Source: Candidatus Aminicenantes bacterium (GTDB lineage: Bacteria > Acidobacteriota > Aminicenantia > Aminicenantales > Saccharicenantaceae). Taken from it: a DNA stretch of 64,000 nucleotides. Under the pieces are notes generated by a model, which had not been told where the DNA came from, searched no databases, and saw only the letters and a program-made list of their open reading frames with translations. The DNA is taken from positions 1,782 to 65,781 of the forward strand of contig CAWEYF010000029.1 in the NCBI GenBank assembly GCA_963813235.1, read 5' to 3'. Shown here piece by piece: positions 26,355-37,342 of the stretch. Both the position numbers and the translations under genes were made by a program. Positions within the stretch are counted from its first letter, which is position 1, and each line of letters starts with the position of its first letter.

Positions 26355-27184
26355 TGGCCCGGATCCTCCGTCGCGAACGCCTCGTCCCCAACATCCACGT
26401 CCTTGAGGTCCACGCGCCCGAGGTAGCGGCCAAATGCGCTCCGGGACAGTTCGTCATCGTCATGCCCGATAGGACGGGAGAGAGGATCCCGCTGACCATC
26501 GCCGACTGGGACCCGGCCCGCGGGTCCGTGACGTCCGTCTTCATGGTCGTCGGGACGTCCACGCAGAAACTCTCCCGCCTCAAGGCGGGGGACGAGGTCC
26601 CGGTCTATGCCGGACCGCTCGGCAAGCCCTCCGAGATCCGGAATTTCGGGACGGTCCTTTGCGCCGGAGGCTGCTTCGGCATCGCCGCGATCCATCCGGT
26701 CGTCCGCGCGCTAAAGGCCGCCGGTAACCGGGTCCTGACCCTGTTGGACGCCAAGGCCGGGTACCTACTGTATTGGGAGGACAAGATCAAGGCGATGAGC
26801 GATCGCCACTGGGTCGCTTCGCGCGATCCCCGTTTCCACGAGAAAGACTATATCTCGAAGACCTTGGACGGCGTTCTCAAAGAAGAGAAGGTCGACCGGG
26901 TGGTGGCCATCGGCTGTACGTATCTCATGTCGTCCTGTTCGGAGACGACCCGCCCCCTGGGCATCAGGACGATTGTCAGCCTCAACCCCATCATGGTCGA
27001 CGGGACGGGGATGTGCGGGGCCTGCCGGGTCACGGTCGGGGGCGCGACGAAGTTCGCCTGCGTCGACGGGCCGGACTTCGACGGCCACGCCGTGGACTGG
27101 GCGGAGCTTTATGCGCGCCGGCGGTCCTATTTCGACGACGAGATCCGGTCGCTCTGCGATTGGGAAGAGAGGACGTTCCCGTGA
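26354..27184 (+). CDS. nfnA: NfnA/SudB-like ferredoxin-NADP reductase-fold subunit (FAD, [2Fe-2S])
   Basis: 276 aa. RILRRERLVPNIHVLEVHAPEVA..GQFVIV is the FNR-like barrel. The C-terminal CGACRV...FACVDGPDF cluster motif is as in NfnA/PyrK-type proteins. Confidence 0.8.
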   Translation: MARILRRERLVPNIHVLEVHAPEVAAKCAPGQFVIVMPDRTGERIPLTIADWDPARGSVTSVFMVVGTSTQKLSRLKAGDEVPVYAGPLGKPSEIRNFGTVLCAGGCFGIAAIHPVVRALKAAGNRVLTLLDAKAGYLLYWEDKIKAMSDRHWVASRDPRFHEKDYISKTLDGVLKEEKVDRVVAIGCTYLMSSCSETTRPLGIRTIVSLNPIMVDGTGMCGACRVTVGGATKFACVDGPDFDGHAVDWAELYARRRSYFDDEIRSLCDWEERTFP

Positions 27185-28677
27185 CGGCGCCAAAAGAGAT
27201 CTCCGCCGGGCTCAAGGCCTGTCTCAAGGCCGAGTACGACAAGGAATGGCGCAAGGAGCTCCGGAAATCCGTCCCGGTGAAGGAGCGGATGAAGATCCCG
27301 CGGCAGAAGATGCCCGAGCGGGAGGCCGGAGAGAGGAACCGGGACTTCGGGGAGGTCAACCGCGGACTTGCCGCGGAGGCCGCTGTCCTTGAGGCCCGCC
27401 GATGCCTCGATTGCGCCAACCCGCAGTGCGTTTGCGGGTGCCCTGTGGCCATCGATATCCCGAGTTTCGTCAAGCTCGTCGAGAAGGGCGACTTCGCCGG
27501 CGGGGCCCGCAAGATCAAGGAGACCAATGCCCTGCCGGCCATCTGCGGCCGTGTCTGCCCCCAGGAGACCCAGTGCGAAGTGGTCTGCAATCTCGGCAAG
27601 ATCGCCGGGTCGCCCGTCGCCATCGGCAACCTCGAGCGCTTCGTCTCCGACTTCGAGCGGACGGCGGGGGCGGTCTTCATCCCCGAGATCCCGCCGCCGA
27701 CGGGACACAAGGTCGCCGTCATCGGGGCCGGCCCGGCCGGCCTGACCGTGGCCGGGGAGCTGGCGAAGAAAGGCCACAAGGTGACCATCTTCGAGGCCCT
27801 CCACATCGCGGGCGGCGTCCTCGTCTACGGGATCCCGGAGTTCCGCCTGCCCAAGGCCATCCTCAGGTCCGAGGTGGACTACCTGGAGAAGCTCGGCGTG
27901 GAACTGCGGATGAACTACGTCGTCGGCCGGACGGCGAGCCTCGAAGACCTGAGGAAGGAGGGGTACGGGGTCTTTTTCATCGGGACCGGGGCGGGCCTGC
28001 CGAACTTCATGAAGATCCCCGGCGAGAACCTGGTCGGCGTCTATTCCGCCAACGAGTACCTGACGCGGGTCAACCTGATGCGGGCCTACGAGTTCCCCGA
28101 CTACGACACGCCCGTCGTCCTCGGGAAGAGAGCCGCCGTCATCGGGGGCGGGAACGTGGCCATGGACTCGGTCCGGAACGCCAAGAGGCTCGGGGCCGAA
28201 CGCGCCGTCATCATCTACCGGAGGTCGCGGACCGAAATGCCCGCCCGGATCGAGGAGATCAAGCACGCCGAGGAAGAGGGGATCGAATTCCACTTCCTGA
28301 CGACCCCGGTCCGGTACATCGGCGACGCCACGGGGCGCGTGACGACGATGGAATGCCTCCGCATGGAGCTCGGGGAACCGGACGCTTCGGGGCGCCGGCG
28401 GCCCGTTCCCGTCCCCGGCTCCGAGTTCCTCACGGAGGTCGACCTCGTCGTCGTAGCCATCGGCCAGAGCCCGAATCCTCTCATCCTCCAGACGACGGAC
28501 GGCCTCAAGGCGGGCAAATGGGGGAACATCGAGGTCGACTGGAAGACCATGGCGACGAGCCTCCCCGGGGTCTTCGCGGGCGGCGACATCGTCCGAGGCG
28601 GAGCCACCGTCATCCTGGCCATGGGGGACGGCCGGACCGCCGCCGCCGAGATGGACGCTTACCTGAAGAAGCCGTGA
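27181..28677 (+). CDS. nfnB: NfnB/SudA/GltD-like NADPH-dependent FAD oxidoreductase subunit (2x[4Fe-4S])
   Basis: The GTG at 27181 overlaps the nfnA stop. EARRCLDCANPQCVCGCPV, ICGRVCPQETQCE, VAVIGAGPAGLTVAGELAKKGH and VIGGGNVAMD make up the glutamate-synthase small-chain architecture. Confidence 0.88.
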   Translation: MTAPKEISAGLKACLKAEYDKEWRKELRKSVPVKERMKIPRQKMPEREAGERNRDFGEVNRGLAAEAAVLEARRCLDCANPQCVCGCPVAIDIPSFVKLVEKGDFAGGARKIKETNALPAICGRVCPQETQCEVVCNLGKIAGSPVAIGNLERFVSDFERTAGAVFIPEIPPPTGHKVAVIGAGPAGLTVAGELAKKGHKVTIFEALHIAGGVLVYGIPEFRLPKAILRSEVDYLEKLGVELRMNYVVGRTASLEDLRKEGYGVFFIGTGAGLPNFMKIPGENLVGVYSANEYLTRVNLMRAYEFPDYDTPVVLGKRAAVIGGGNVAMDSVRNAKRLGAERAVIIYRRSRTEMPARIEEIKHAEEEGIEFHFLTTPVRYIGDATGRVTTMECLRMELGEPDASGRRRPVPVPGSEFLTEVDLVVVAIGQSPNPLILQTTDGLKAGKWGNIEVDWKTMATSLPGVFAGGDIVRGGATVILAMGDGRTAAAEMDAYLKKP

Positions 28678-29337
28678 ACCAGCCGAAGCTTTTCGCCGCC
28701 GCCAAAGGCCACATCGGAACCGACGAATCCGGGAAAGGGGATTTCTTCGGCCCGCTCGTCATCGCCGGTTTCTTCCTCCCCGACGGAGGACGCGGTCCTG
28801 CGCGAGCTCGGGGTCAAGGATTCCAAGAGGACTTCGGACAACAGGGCGAGGGAGATCGCCGGCGTCCTGCGCTCGGGTTATGTGTGCTCCGTCGTCTCGA
28901 TCGGGCCGGAAAAATATAACGAGCTTTACGCGAAGCTTCGGAACCTCAATCGGCTCCTGGCCTGGGGCCACGCCCGGGCGATCGAGAACATCCTGGAGCG
29001 TGTGGACTGCGAACGGGCGGTCACCGACCAGTTCGGCGACAAGTCCCTGGTCCTCGACGCCCTGATGAAAAAGGGGCGATCGATCGAGCTCGTCCAACAG
29101 CCGCGGGCCGAGGAGGACCTGGCCGTCGCGGCCGCTTCGATCCTCGCCCGGGCCGAGTTCCTGGACCGGCTCAAGGCCCTTTCGCGTGACGCCGGGATCG
29201 AGCTGCCCAAGGGGGCCGCGCCCCTGGTCGAGGAGGCCGGCGTCCGGCTCGTCAAGGCGTCGGGCCCTGATGCCCTCGGCAGCTTTGCCAAACTGCATTT
29301 CAAGACGACGGCGCGCGTCCTCGCCGCCGCGGGCTAA
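28674..29337 (+). CDS. RNase HIII-type ribonuclease H catalytic core without the N-terminal substrate-binding domain (one frame change at ~28785)
   Basis: IGTDESGKGDFFGPLVIAG is the RNase HIII DESGKGD motif at residue ~15. The downstream frame reads EDAVLRELGVKDSKRTSDN...AWGHARAIEN. The GTG overlaps the nfnB stop. Confidence 0.7.
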
Positions 29338-29341
29338 GCCC

Positions 29342-30562
29342 ATGATCGTCCTGCTGAAGATCGGTTTCATCATTGCCCTTCTGCTGTTCCTTATTCGGAA
29401 GAAGGCCGACCTGGGACTCGTCCTCTTCTCGACGGCGCCCTGACCGCCGTCCTGTTCGGGATGCCGGCGGCAGTTCTCGCGGAACGCCGGCAAGGCCGTC
29501 ATCGCCGCCGAGACACTGAAGCTCGTCGGGGTCGTCATTCTCGTCCTTTACCTCGGGAACTTCCTCCAGGCGGCGGTCATTTCCGGCGGATGGTCGACGC
29601 CCTCAGGAACCTCGTCGACGATCCCCGGCTGATCCTCGCCATCCCGTCGGCCTTCATCGGCCTCCTGCCCATGATGGCCGGGGCGATGATGGGCGCGCCC
29701 ATCGTGGACGAGGCGGCGAAGCGTTGGGACCTCACCCCGGCCTGGAAGACGTTCTTCAACTACTGGTTCCGTCACATCTGGGAGTACAGCTGGCCGCTCT
29801 ACATCAACCTGATCCTCGCCGCGGCCATCTGCCGTGTCCCGATCACGAGGATCTGCCGTCACCCAGTTCCCGTTCACGTCTGGTCGCCATCGCGGCGGGT
29901 CTCGTCGTCCTTTTTCGCCGCGTCCCGTTCCTGCCGAAGACGCACGACAACCCGAAGACCCTCAAGGACGTCCTCAAGGTCTTCCTCAGCATCTGGCCCA
30001 TCCTGACGGCCGTCATCCTCGTTTTCGTCTTCAAGTTGGGCATGCTCGCTGGCCCTCGGCGTCGGCGAGCGTCCTGACCCAGGTCTTCGCCCGGATGAGA
30101 CTCCGGGAGCGCCTGCGGTCATCGCGGAGAGCCTGTCGCCGAAGATCGTTCTCCTGACCGTCGCCTTGATGGTCTTCAAGCGGATCCTCGAAACTTCGGG
30201 GGCCCTGGACGCCGTGATCCGCGTCGTCCCGCCCCGCGGGTTGTCGGGGTATGTCCTGCTGTTCGCGGCGCCGTTCGTCGTCGGTCTTCTCACGGGGGTC
30301 AACCAGGCCTTCGTGGCCATCGCCTTCCCGCTCCTCGTCCCCATCATCGGGCAGGGGAAACCGGACATGATGCTCCTGGCTTTCGCCTATGTCAGCGGGT
30401 TCGTCGGCATCCTTCTTGTCCCCGGCCCACCTCTGCCTGGCCCTGACGGCCGATTATTTCAAGGCCCCGCTCAAGGACGTCTATAGGATCCTCGTGGGCC
30501 CGACGCTGGCCGTGTTCCTGTCGGCCCTAGCCGCTCTGGTCGTATCCCGGCTCCTCATGTAG
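29342..30562 (+). pseudogene. DUF401-like polytopic membrane protein, about 8 frame changes as sequenced
   Basis: Hydrophobic conserved-looking segments (MIVLLKIGFIIALLLFL, ETLKLVGVVILVLYLGNF, ILAIPSAFIGLLPMMAGAMMGAPIV, FNYWFRHIWEYSWPLYINLILAAAI, LVAIAAGLVVLF, VFKRILETSGALDAV, LLFAAPFVVGLLTGVNQAFVAIAFPLL, ALTADYFKAPLKDVY) are spread over all three frames. Confidence 0.55.
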
Positions 30563-30598
30563 GCGACCGGGGGATCGCCTTCCCGGACCCCTGGCTAC

Positions 30599-30662
30599 GG
30601 CGATGAAGGCCACCCCATTCCCCCCTCCGCTACGGGGGGGCTTCGGGGCGGCTTTCATCGCC
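30599..30662. repeat. Nested palindromic element (13-bp outer inverted repeat enclosing a C6/G7 hairpin)
   Basis: GGCGATGAAGGCC (30599-30611) pairs with GGCTTTCATCGCC (30650-30662) with one mismatch. The inner hairpin is CCCCCCTCCGCTACGGGGGGG (30620-30640), followed by CTTCGGGG. Confidence 0.6.
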
Positions 30663-30707
30663 GCACCTTGTAAAGACCCTCATCGCCATCGATGTCTTCT
30701 GACTGCC

Positions 30708-30736
30708 TTGACAAGCGATCACGGATGGCCGATAAA
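30708..30736 (+). promoter_or_regulatory. Possible sigma-70 promoter for alaX (TTGACA-N17-GATAAA)
   Basis: Consensus -35 at 30708-30713, a 17-nt spacer, and a -10-like GATAAA at 30731-30736. GGAGG (30753-30757) then precedes the ATG at 30763. Confidence 0.4.
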
Positions 30737-30762
30737 TGAAGCCTGACGGAACGGAGGACCCC

Positions 30763-31967
30763 ATGTCCGGCACGAAGAGGCTTTACTTCGAAGACGCCTA
30801 CCTGACAGAGTTCGATGCCCGTGTCGTCGAAAGGCGCGAGATCGAAGGCCGACCCGCGGTCGTGCTCGACCGGACGGCGTTCTATCCCGAGGCGGGAGGC
30901 CAATCCTCGGACCGGGGCACGCTCAACGATATCGCGGTCGTCGATGTCGTCGAGGACGGGGAGACGATCCTCCACGTCCTTGCGGCGCCGATCGATGCGG
31001 AGACCGTCCACGGCACGGTCGATCGAACGAGACGGTTCGACCGGATGCAGCAGCACAGCGGCCAGCACATCCTCTCCCAGGCCTTCTATGAGATCCTCAA
31101 GGGGGCGACGCTCTCGTTCCACATCGGGGACGATGTTTCGACTCTCGAGATCGGAGTTCCGAAGATCTCCGATACCGACCTCGACCGCGTCGAGGCCCGG
31201 GCCAATGCCGTGGTCTTCGCAGACCTCGAGATCAAGACCTATTTCTTGCCTGAGTCCGACATCGGGACGGTCCCGCTCCGGAAGCCTCCGAAGAAAGGGG
31301 AGGGAGGGATGATCCGCGTCGTCGAGGTGGACCGGTTCGACCACTCCGCCTGCGGCGGCACCCATTGCCGGAGGGCGGGGGAGGTCGGGCTGATCAAGGT
31401 CGTGAAATGGGATAAGATCCGGGGCAATTTGCGCTTCGAGTTCGTCTGCGGCGGGCGCGCCCTCAGCGATTATCAGGACAAGAACAGGACCGTCCGGCAC
31501 GCCGCCGCGGCATTCTCGGTCTCGGACCGGGACATTCCGTCCGCGATCGACAAGGCCCAGGTCGAATTCAAAGCCCTGAAGAAGCGGGCCCGGAGGCTCG
31601 AGGAGCGGCTGCGCCGCCTTCGAGGCCGGGGCAGATGGTCCGGGAGGCCGCAGGCAAGGTCATCCGGGCGGTGTTCGAAGACCGGAGCCCCGAAGAGGCG
31701 CGTTTCCTCGCCCTCAATATCATCAAGCAGGGGGAGTTTCTCGTCCTCTTCGCCGCTCCCGGCGAAGGGCGGAGCCATATCATCCTCGCCGCCTCGGAGG
31801 CACTCGGGTTCGATGCGAGGACGCTCATCCCGGCGATCGCCGGGGTCCTCGAGGCCCGAGGCGGCGGCAGCCCTTCCCTCGTCGAACTCGTCACGACGGA
31901 GACCGCAAAGGTCGCCGCGGCCCTTGACGCGGCCCGGACGCAGATCGACGCGACTTTACGTTCTTGA
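30763..31967 (+). CDS. alaX: Alanyl-tRNA editing protein AlaX (long form), two frame changes at ~31611 and ~31630
   Basis: RLYFEDAYLTEFDARVV, the tRNA_SAD zinc motifs HSGQHIL and CGGTHC, and a C-terminal part (MVREAAGKVIRAVF...GGGSPSLVE) in the frame of ORF 31635-31967. The second shift is at a G4 run. Confidence 0.85.
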
Positions 31968-31968
31968 A

Positions 31969-33393
31969 TTATGTCGGAATGGCCTTCAGGATATCTGCGA
32001 TAAAGGCCTCGAGGGGGAAGTCGCCTTTGGTCGTCATCCCCAGCCGGACGACAACCAGATGTCGCGAGGGAATGACCACCGTGATCTGATCCTGGTATCC
32101 GTGTAATTTGAACATATCCGGGGGCAATGTCGGGTAAAGCCTCTCATCCGGCCGCCCCGCCGGACCCCTGTTCAGCCAGGTTTGGGCGCCGTAATCGCCG
32201 CTCCCCGATGTCGGCGAAGGCGTCGTCATGAACTCCACCCAGCCCTCGGGCAGCACTCTTTGGCCCTCCCACACGCCTCTATTCAAAAGAAGGAGCCCGA
32301 AACGCGCCCAGTCCCGGGCCGAAGCATAAACATACGAAGCGCTGGAAAAGGTCCCCGACGCATCCGGTTCGATGAGGGCGCTCCTCATGCCGATCTTATT
32401 GAACAGGGACCGCCGCGGAAACGCGAAATAGTCCTCCCGGCTCGCGAACGACTGCCGGATCAGGCGGGAGATGATATTGGTCGTTCCGCTCGAATAATTG
32501 AACGCGGATCCGGGCTCGGCGACAAGCGGCAGTCCGGCGGCGTAAGCCGCCATGTCGGGCATGGTGAAGAGCATGCGATTGACGTCGGAGACGGGCTTCG
32601 TCTCGTATTCCTCGTCGAATTCGAGTCCGTCCGACATCCACAAGAGCTGTTCAAGGGTGATCGCGCCGCGCCGGTCGCCCGGTCTTTTCCACTCCGGTAC
32701 GGACGCCGGTCCCTTGAGCGAGAGCTTCCCCTCGCCTGCCCGGAGACCCGCCAGCGCCGCGGTCACGGTCTTCGACATGGACCAACCGATGAGCGGCATG
32801 TCGCGGGTATAGCCGGGCGCATAACGTTCCGCGACGATCCGGCCCTGATAGAGGACGACGACCGCCCGGGTGCGGAGAGGCCGGGCCGGCTCGGACTCGG
32901 CGAAAACGCGGTCCAAGGCCTCTTCGAGCCGAGGCCGCTCGATGCCGGCGGGGAGCTCCCCCGGATTCGCGAGATCTCCCGTCGGCCAGGCGACCGATGC
33001 CGGATCTGCGGGCCAGGGATCCGGGATTCGAACCGGCCAGGACCGGACGGTCTCTTCCGGAACGCCCGACAAAAGAACGGCACCCAGCTTATCCAAATAA
33101 ACAGCCCTGGCCTTGAACAGGCCGAGCGTCGAAGAGACGACGGACTTCTTGTCCTCATCGATCCGGGACCTGACGATGCTCAGGAGAGGATGGATGGCGA
33201 TGTCCTCCCGGAGGACGGTCTCCGGGTCCCTTTTCGAGACAAAAACCGCCGAGCACAGGATCTTCGCCTGATAGCCTGCCGCTATGGAGAGCTGGGTGGC
33301 AAAGTCGTTCTTCTCAAAAAGAAAAGCGAGGAAGAGGACGATGCAGAGCGCCGCCGCCGCGGCCCAAAACCCCTTTTTTCTGAAAATGGGCAT
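31969..33393 (-). CDS. Beta-lactamase-fold serine hydrolase (class C / PBP4*-like), N-terminally membrane anchored
   Basis: 474 aa. The S-x-x-K motif is in IGWSMSKTVTAALAG. There is an N-terminal TM helix. Confidence 0.8.
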   Translation of the reverse strand: MPIFRKKGFWAAAAALCIVLFLAFLFEKNDFATQLSIAAGYQAKILCSAVFVSKRDPETVLREDIAIHPLLSIVRSRIDEDKKSVVSSTLGLFKARAVYLDKLGAVLLSGVPEETVRSWPVRIPDPWPADPASVAWPTGDLANPGELPAGIERPRLEEALDRVFAESEPARPLRTRAVVVLYQGRIVAERYAPGYTRDMPLIGWSMSKTVTAALAGLRAGEGKLSLKGPASVPEWKRPGDRRGAITLEQLLWMSDGLEFDEEYETKPVSDVNRMLFTMPDMAAYAAGLPLVAEPGSAFNYSSGTTNIISRLIRQSFASREDYFAFPRRSLFNKIGMRSALIEPDASGTFSSASYVYASARDWARFGLLLLNRGVWEGQRVLPEGWVEFMTTPSPTSGSGDYGAQTWLNRGPAGRPDERLYPTLPPDMFKLHGYQDQITVVIPSRHLVVVRLGMTTKGDFPLEAFIADILKAIPT

Positions 33394-33396
33394 GAT

Positions 33397-34641
33397 CTAC
33401 TCGTATCTCAGCGATACGATGGGGTCCATGCGGGCGGCCTTCTGGGCCGGGAAGATGCCGAAGAAAAGCCCGATGGAGATCGAGACGACCAGCCCCGCGA
33501 CGATCGACCAGGGAGAGACCGTTGCCGGGAGCGGGGTCGCGGCCCGGACGAGAAGGGCGATCCCGAAGCCGACAAGGACCCCGAGGATCCCGCCGGTCCC
33601 GGTCAGGACGATGGCCTCGATCAGAAACTGACGGAGGATGTCCCGGGCCTTGGCCCCGAGGGCCTTGCGGATCCCGATCTCGCGCGTCCGCTCCTTGACC
33701 GAGACGAGCATGATGTTCATGACCCCGATGCCGCCGACCATCAGCCCGATCGACGAGATGACGATCATGACGAGGAAGGCCGCCCCGGTCAGCTGGTTGT
33801 AGAGGTCGAGCATCGTGTCCTGGGTGAAGATGGCGAAGTCGTTGGGCTTCCCGTAAGGCACCTTCCTCCGCTGGCGGAGGAAGTTCGTGACCTGCTGGAT
33901 GGCCGCCTCCATGTCGCCGTGCTTCCGCGGCGCGGTATCGATCTCGAGGAGTCCTTTTCGTAGGGGAAGGATTTCATCAGCGCCGTGATGGGGATGCCGA
34001 CGAAGTTGTCCCGGCTCTGGCCGAACATCTGGCCCCGCTTGCTCAGGACGCCGACGACCGTGAACTTCTCGGCCCCGACGCGGATCTCCTTGCCGACGGC
34101 GCTCTCGTGGGGGAAGAGGATCTCGGCCAGCTCGAAGCCGAGGACGCAGACCGGGCTGCTGTGGGTGATCTCGGATTCGGTCAGTTGCCGGCCCTCCTTC
34201 GGGAGGTAGAGGGACATGACCACGGGGAACTTCTCGTTGAACCCCATGATCATGGAGCTGTCGCTCTTGATGTTCCGGTACTTGATGTCGATCTGTTCGA
34301 AGAGGCTCGGCGATGAGGCTGACGGCGACGGCCTTGACCAGGGGGCATCCCTGTTTCGATGGCCTTGGCGTCGTCGAGCGTCAGGTCCTTCCGCGCGCGC
34401 TCTTCCTCGGTCCGCTCGCCCATCTGGACCGGTTCGTACTTCTGGATCATGATGAGGTCCGAGCCCGCCGATTCGAGTTCGGCCCGGAACGACTTGTTGA
34501 GGCCTTGGATGACGGAGACCATGCCGATGACGGTCATGACGCCGATGACGATGCCCAGGACCGTCAGGAAGGACCGGAGCTTGTGTGCCCGGATGGAGTC
34601 GAGGGCCATGCGGAAGACCTCGCGGAATATGCCGAGACGGA

Positions 34642-34645
<4 letters not shown>
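33397..34645 (-). CDS. FtsX/MacB-type ABC transporter permease (three frame changes at ~34343, ~34300 and ~33952)
   Basis: The N-terminus MALDSIRAHKLRSFLTVLGIVIGV, a MacB_PCD-like middle part and a C-terminal FtsX domain (VMNIMLVSVKERTREIGIRKALGAKARDI) are found in three ORFs: 34250-34645, 33789-34253 and 33397-33912. Confidence 0.8.
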
Positions 34646-35877
<1,232 letters not shown>

Positions 35878-36033
35878 GTCCTCTTTCCGTAGTATCCTTC
35901 CCTTGAATATACGGCCGGAGAGGGATTCGGTTCAAGGGGCGCGGCGAGCCTTGACTTTGCGGCCCGGCGTGCGACAATGGGGGAAAGGCACGGATATCGT
36001 CGCCGGGCCGGGAAACGGCCGAGGAGGAATGTC

Positions 36034-36597
36034 ATGAAGAAAACGATCGCGGGTCTCGTCCTGGTCGCGACGCTCGTCGTCGCCGCCCCCGATGCTGGGG
36101 CAGGGATCATCTACCTGGGAGTGCAGGGCGGCGTTTCGCGGCAGAAGGCCAGCCTCTCGGGCATCACGTTCGACACCGACACCTCGTTCCTGTACGGCGT
36201 CCGGGCCGGCGTGAAGCTCCTGTCGCTCGCTGTGGAACTGAATTACTTCCAGGCGGCCCATAACCTGACGACCGGCGGGCTGATGGCGCCGACGTGGAGC
36301 GACCGGGAAGTCGATTACAGCTACCTCGGGGTCAACGTGCGCTGGATCATCCTGCCCCTGCCCATCGTCAACCCCTACCTGACCGCCGGCTACGGCTACT
36401 ACACCGCGGACATTCACAACATCGACAAGGACAAGAACGGCGGCTTCAACGTCGGCGCGGGCGTGGAGCTCATGCTGGGGAAGAGCTTCTCGCTCCTGGC
36501 CGAGGGGAAGTACCACCACGTCAGCCTGGACATCGACGCCCAAAAGATGAAGCTCGGCAACTTCACGCTGAGCGGCGGGCTGAACTTTTACTTCTGA
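36034..36597 (+). CDS. Small outer-membrane beta-barrel protein (OmpA-like barrel / OMP_b-brl family)
   Basis: 187 aa from the ATG at 36034 after GAGGAGG. It has a signal peptide, alternating beta-strand pattern and a C-terminal aromatic residue (LNFYF). Confidence 0.75.
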   Translation: MKKTIAGLVLVATLVVAAPDAGAGIIYLGVQGGVSRQKASLSGITFDTDTSFLYGVRAGVKLLSLAVELNYFQAAHNLTTGGLMAPTWSDREVDYSYLGVNVRWIILPLPIVNPYLTAGYGYYTADIHNIDKDKNGGFNVGAGVELMLGKSFSLLAEGKYHHVSLDIDAQKMKLGNFTLSGGLNFYF

Positions 36598-36612
36598 GGC
36601 CCGTCCCGCCCG

Positions 36613-37338
36613 ATGCTCGTCCGCCTCAATAAATTCCTGTCCCAGGCCGGCGCGGCCTCCCGGCGCGAGGCCGACCGGCTCATCGTGGACGGGCGGGTCA
36701 AGGTCAACGGCCGCGTGGAGGCCGAGCTCGGGACAAAGATCGACGACGCACAGGACCGGGTCGAGCTCGACGGCCGGGCGGTCCGGAAGGACGAGCGCCC
36801 CGTCCACGTCCTCATGCATAAGCCGGTCGGGGCCGTCGTTTCCCTCCGGGACCCCTTCGGGCGGACCACCGTCCGCGACCTCCTCGTCGGGCTGAAGGCC
36901 CGCGTCTTCCCCGTGGGGCGGCTGGACACGGATTCGAGCGGGGCGCTCCTCCTCACCAACGACGGCGATCTTGCTTTCCGGCTGGCCCACCCGCGGTTCG
37001 AGGTCCCGAAGGTCTATCTGGCCAAGGTCGAAGGCGTTCCTTCCGATGAGAGCCTCGAAAAGCTCCGGAAGGGGATCTTTCTCGAAGGGAAGAGGACCTC
37101 CCCGGCCAAGGCCTCCCTGATGTCGCGGTCAGGCCAGCGCGGGCTGGTGAAGATCACGATCCATGAGGGGCGGAAGCGGGAGGTCCGAAAGATGCTGGAG
37201 GCCCTGGGCCACCCGGTCCAGGACCTCAAGAGGATCGAATTCGCCGGACTCACCCTCGAGGGCTTGAGGCCCGGCGCCTGGCGCCTCCTCGACGCCGGCG
37301 AGGTCCGCAGGCTCCGGAAGCGCGCGGGCCTCGAATAG
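36613..37338 (+). CDS. rluB: Pseudouridine synthase, RsuA/RluB family, with an S4 domain
   Basis: 241 aa. RLNKFLSQAGAASRREADRLIVDGRVKVNG (S4 domain) and the catalytic GRLDTDSSGALLLTNDG. Confidence 0.85.
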   Translation: MLVRLNKFLSQAGAASRREADRLIVDGRVKVNGRVEAELGTKIDDAQDRVELDGRAVRKDERPVHVLMHKPVGAVVSLRDPFGRTTVRDLLVGLKARVFPVGRLDTDSSGALLLTNDGDLAFRLAHPRFEVPKVYLAKVEGVPSDESLEKLRKGIFLEGKRTSPAKASLMSRSGQRGLVKITIHEGRKREVRKMLEALGHPVQDLKRIEFAGLTLEGLRPGAWRLLDAGEVRRLRKRAGLE

Positions 37339-37342
37339 GCGG

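Noticed and set aside
19947-30420. Programmed ribosomal frameshifting or transcriptional slippage as the explanation for the frame changes.
   Set aside because: The sites share no slippery heptamer or poly-A tract. They occur in both directions, often several per gene, and cluster regionally across gene boundaries.
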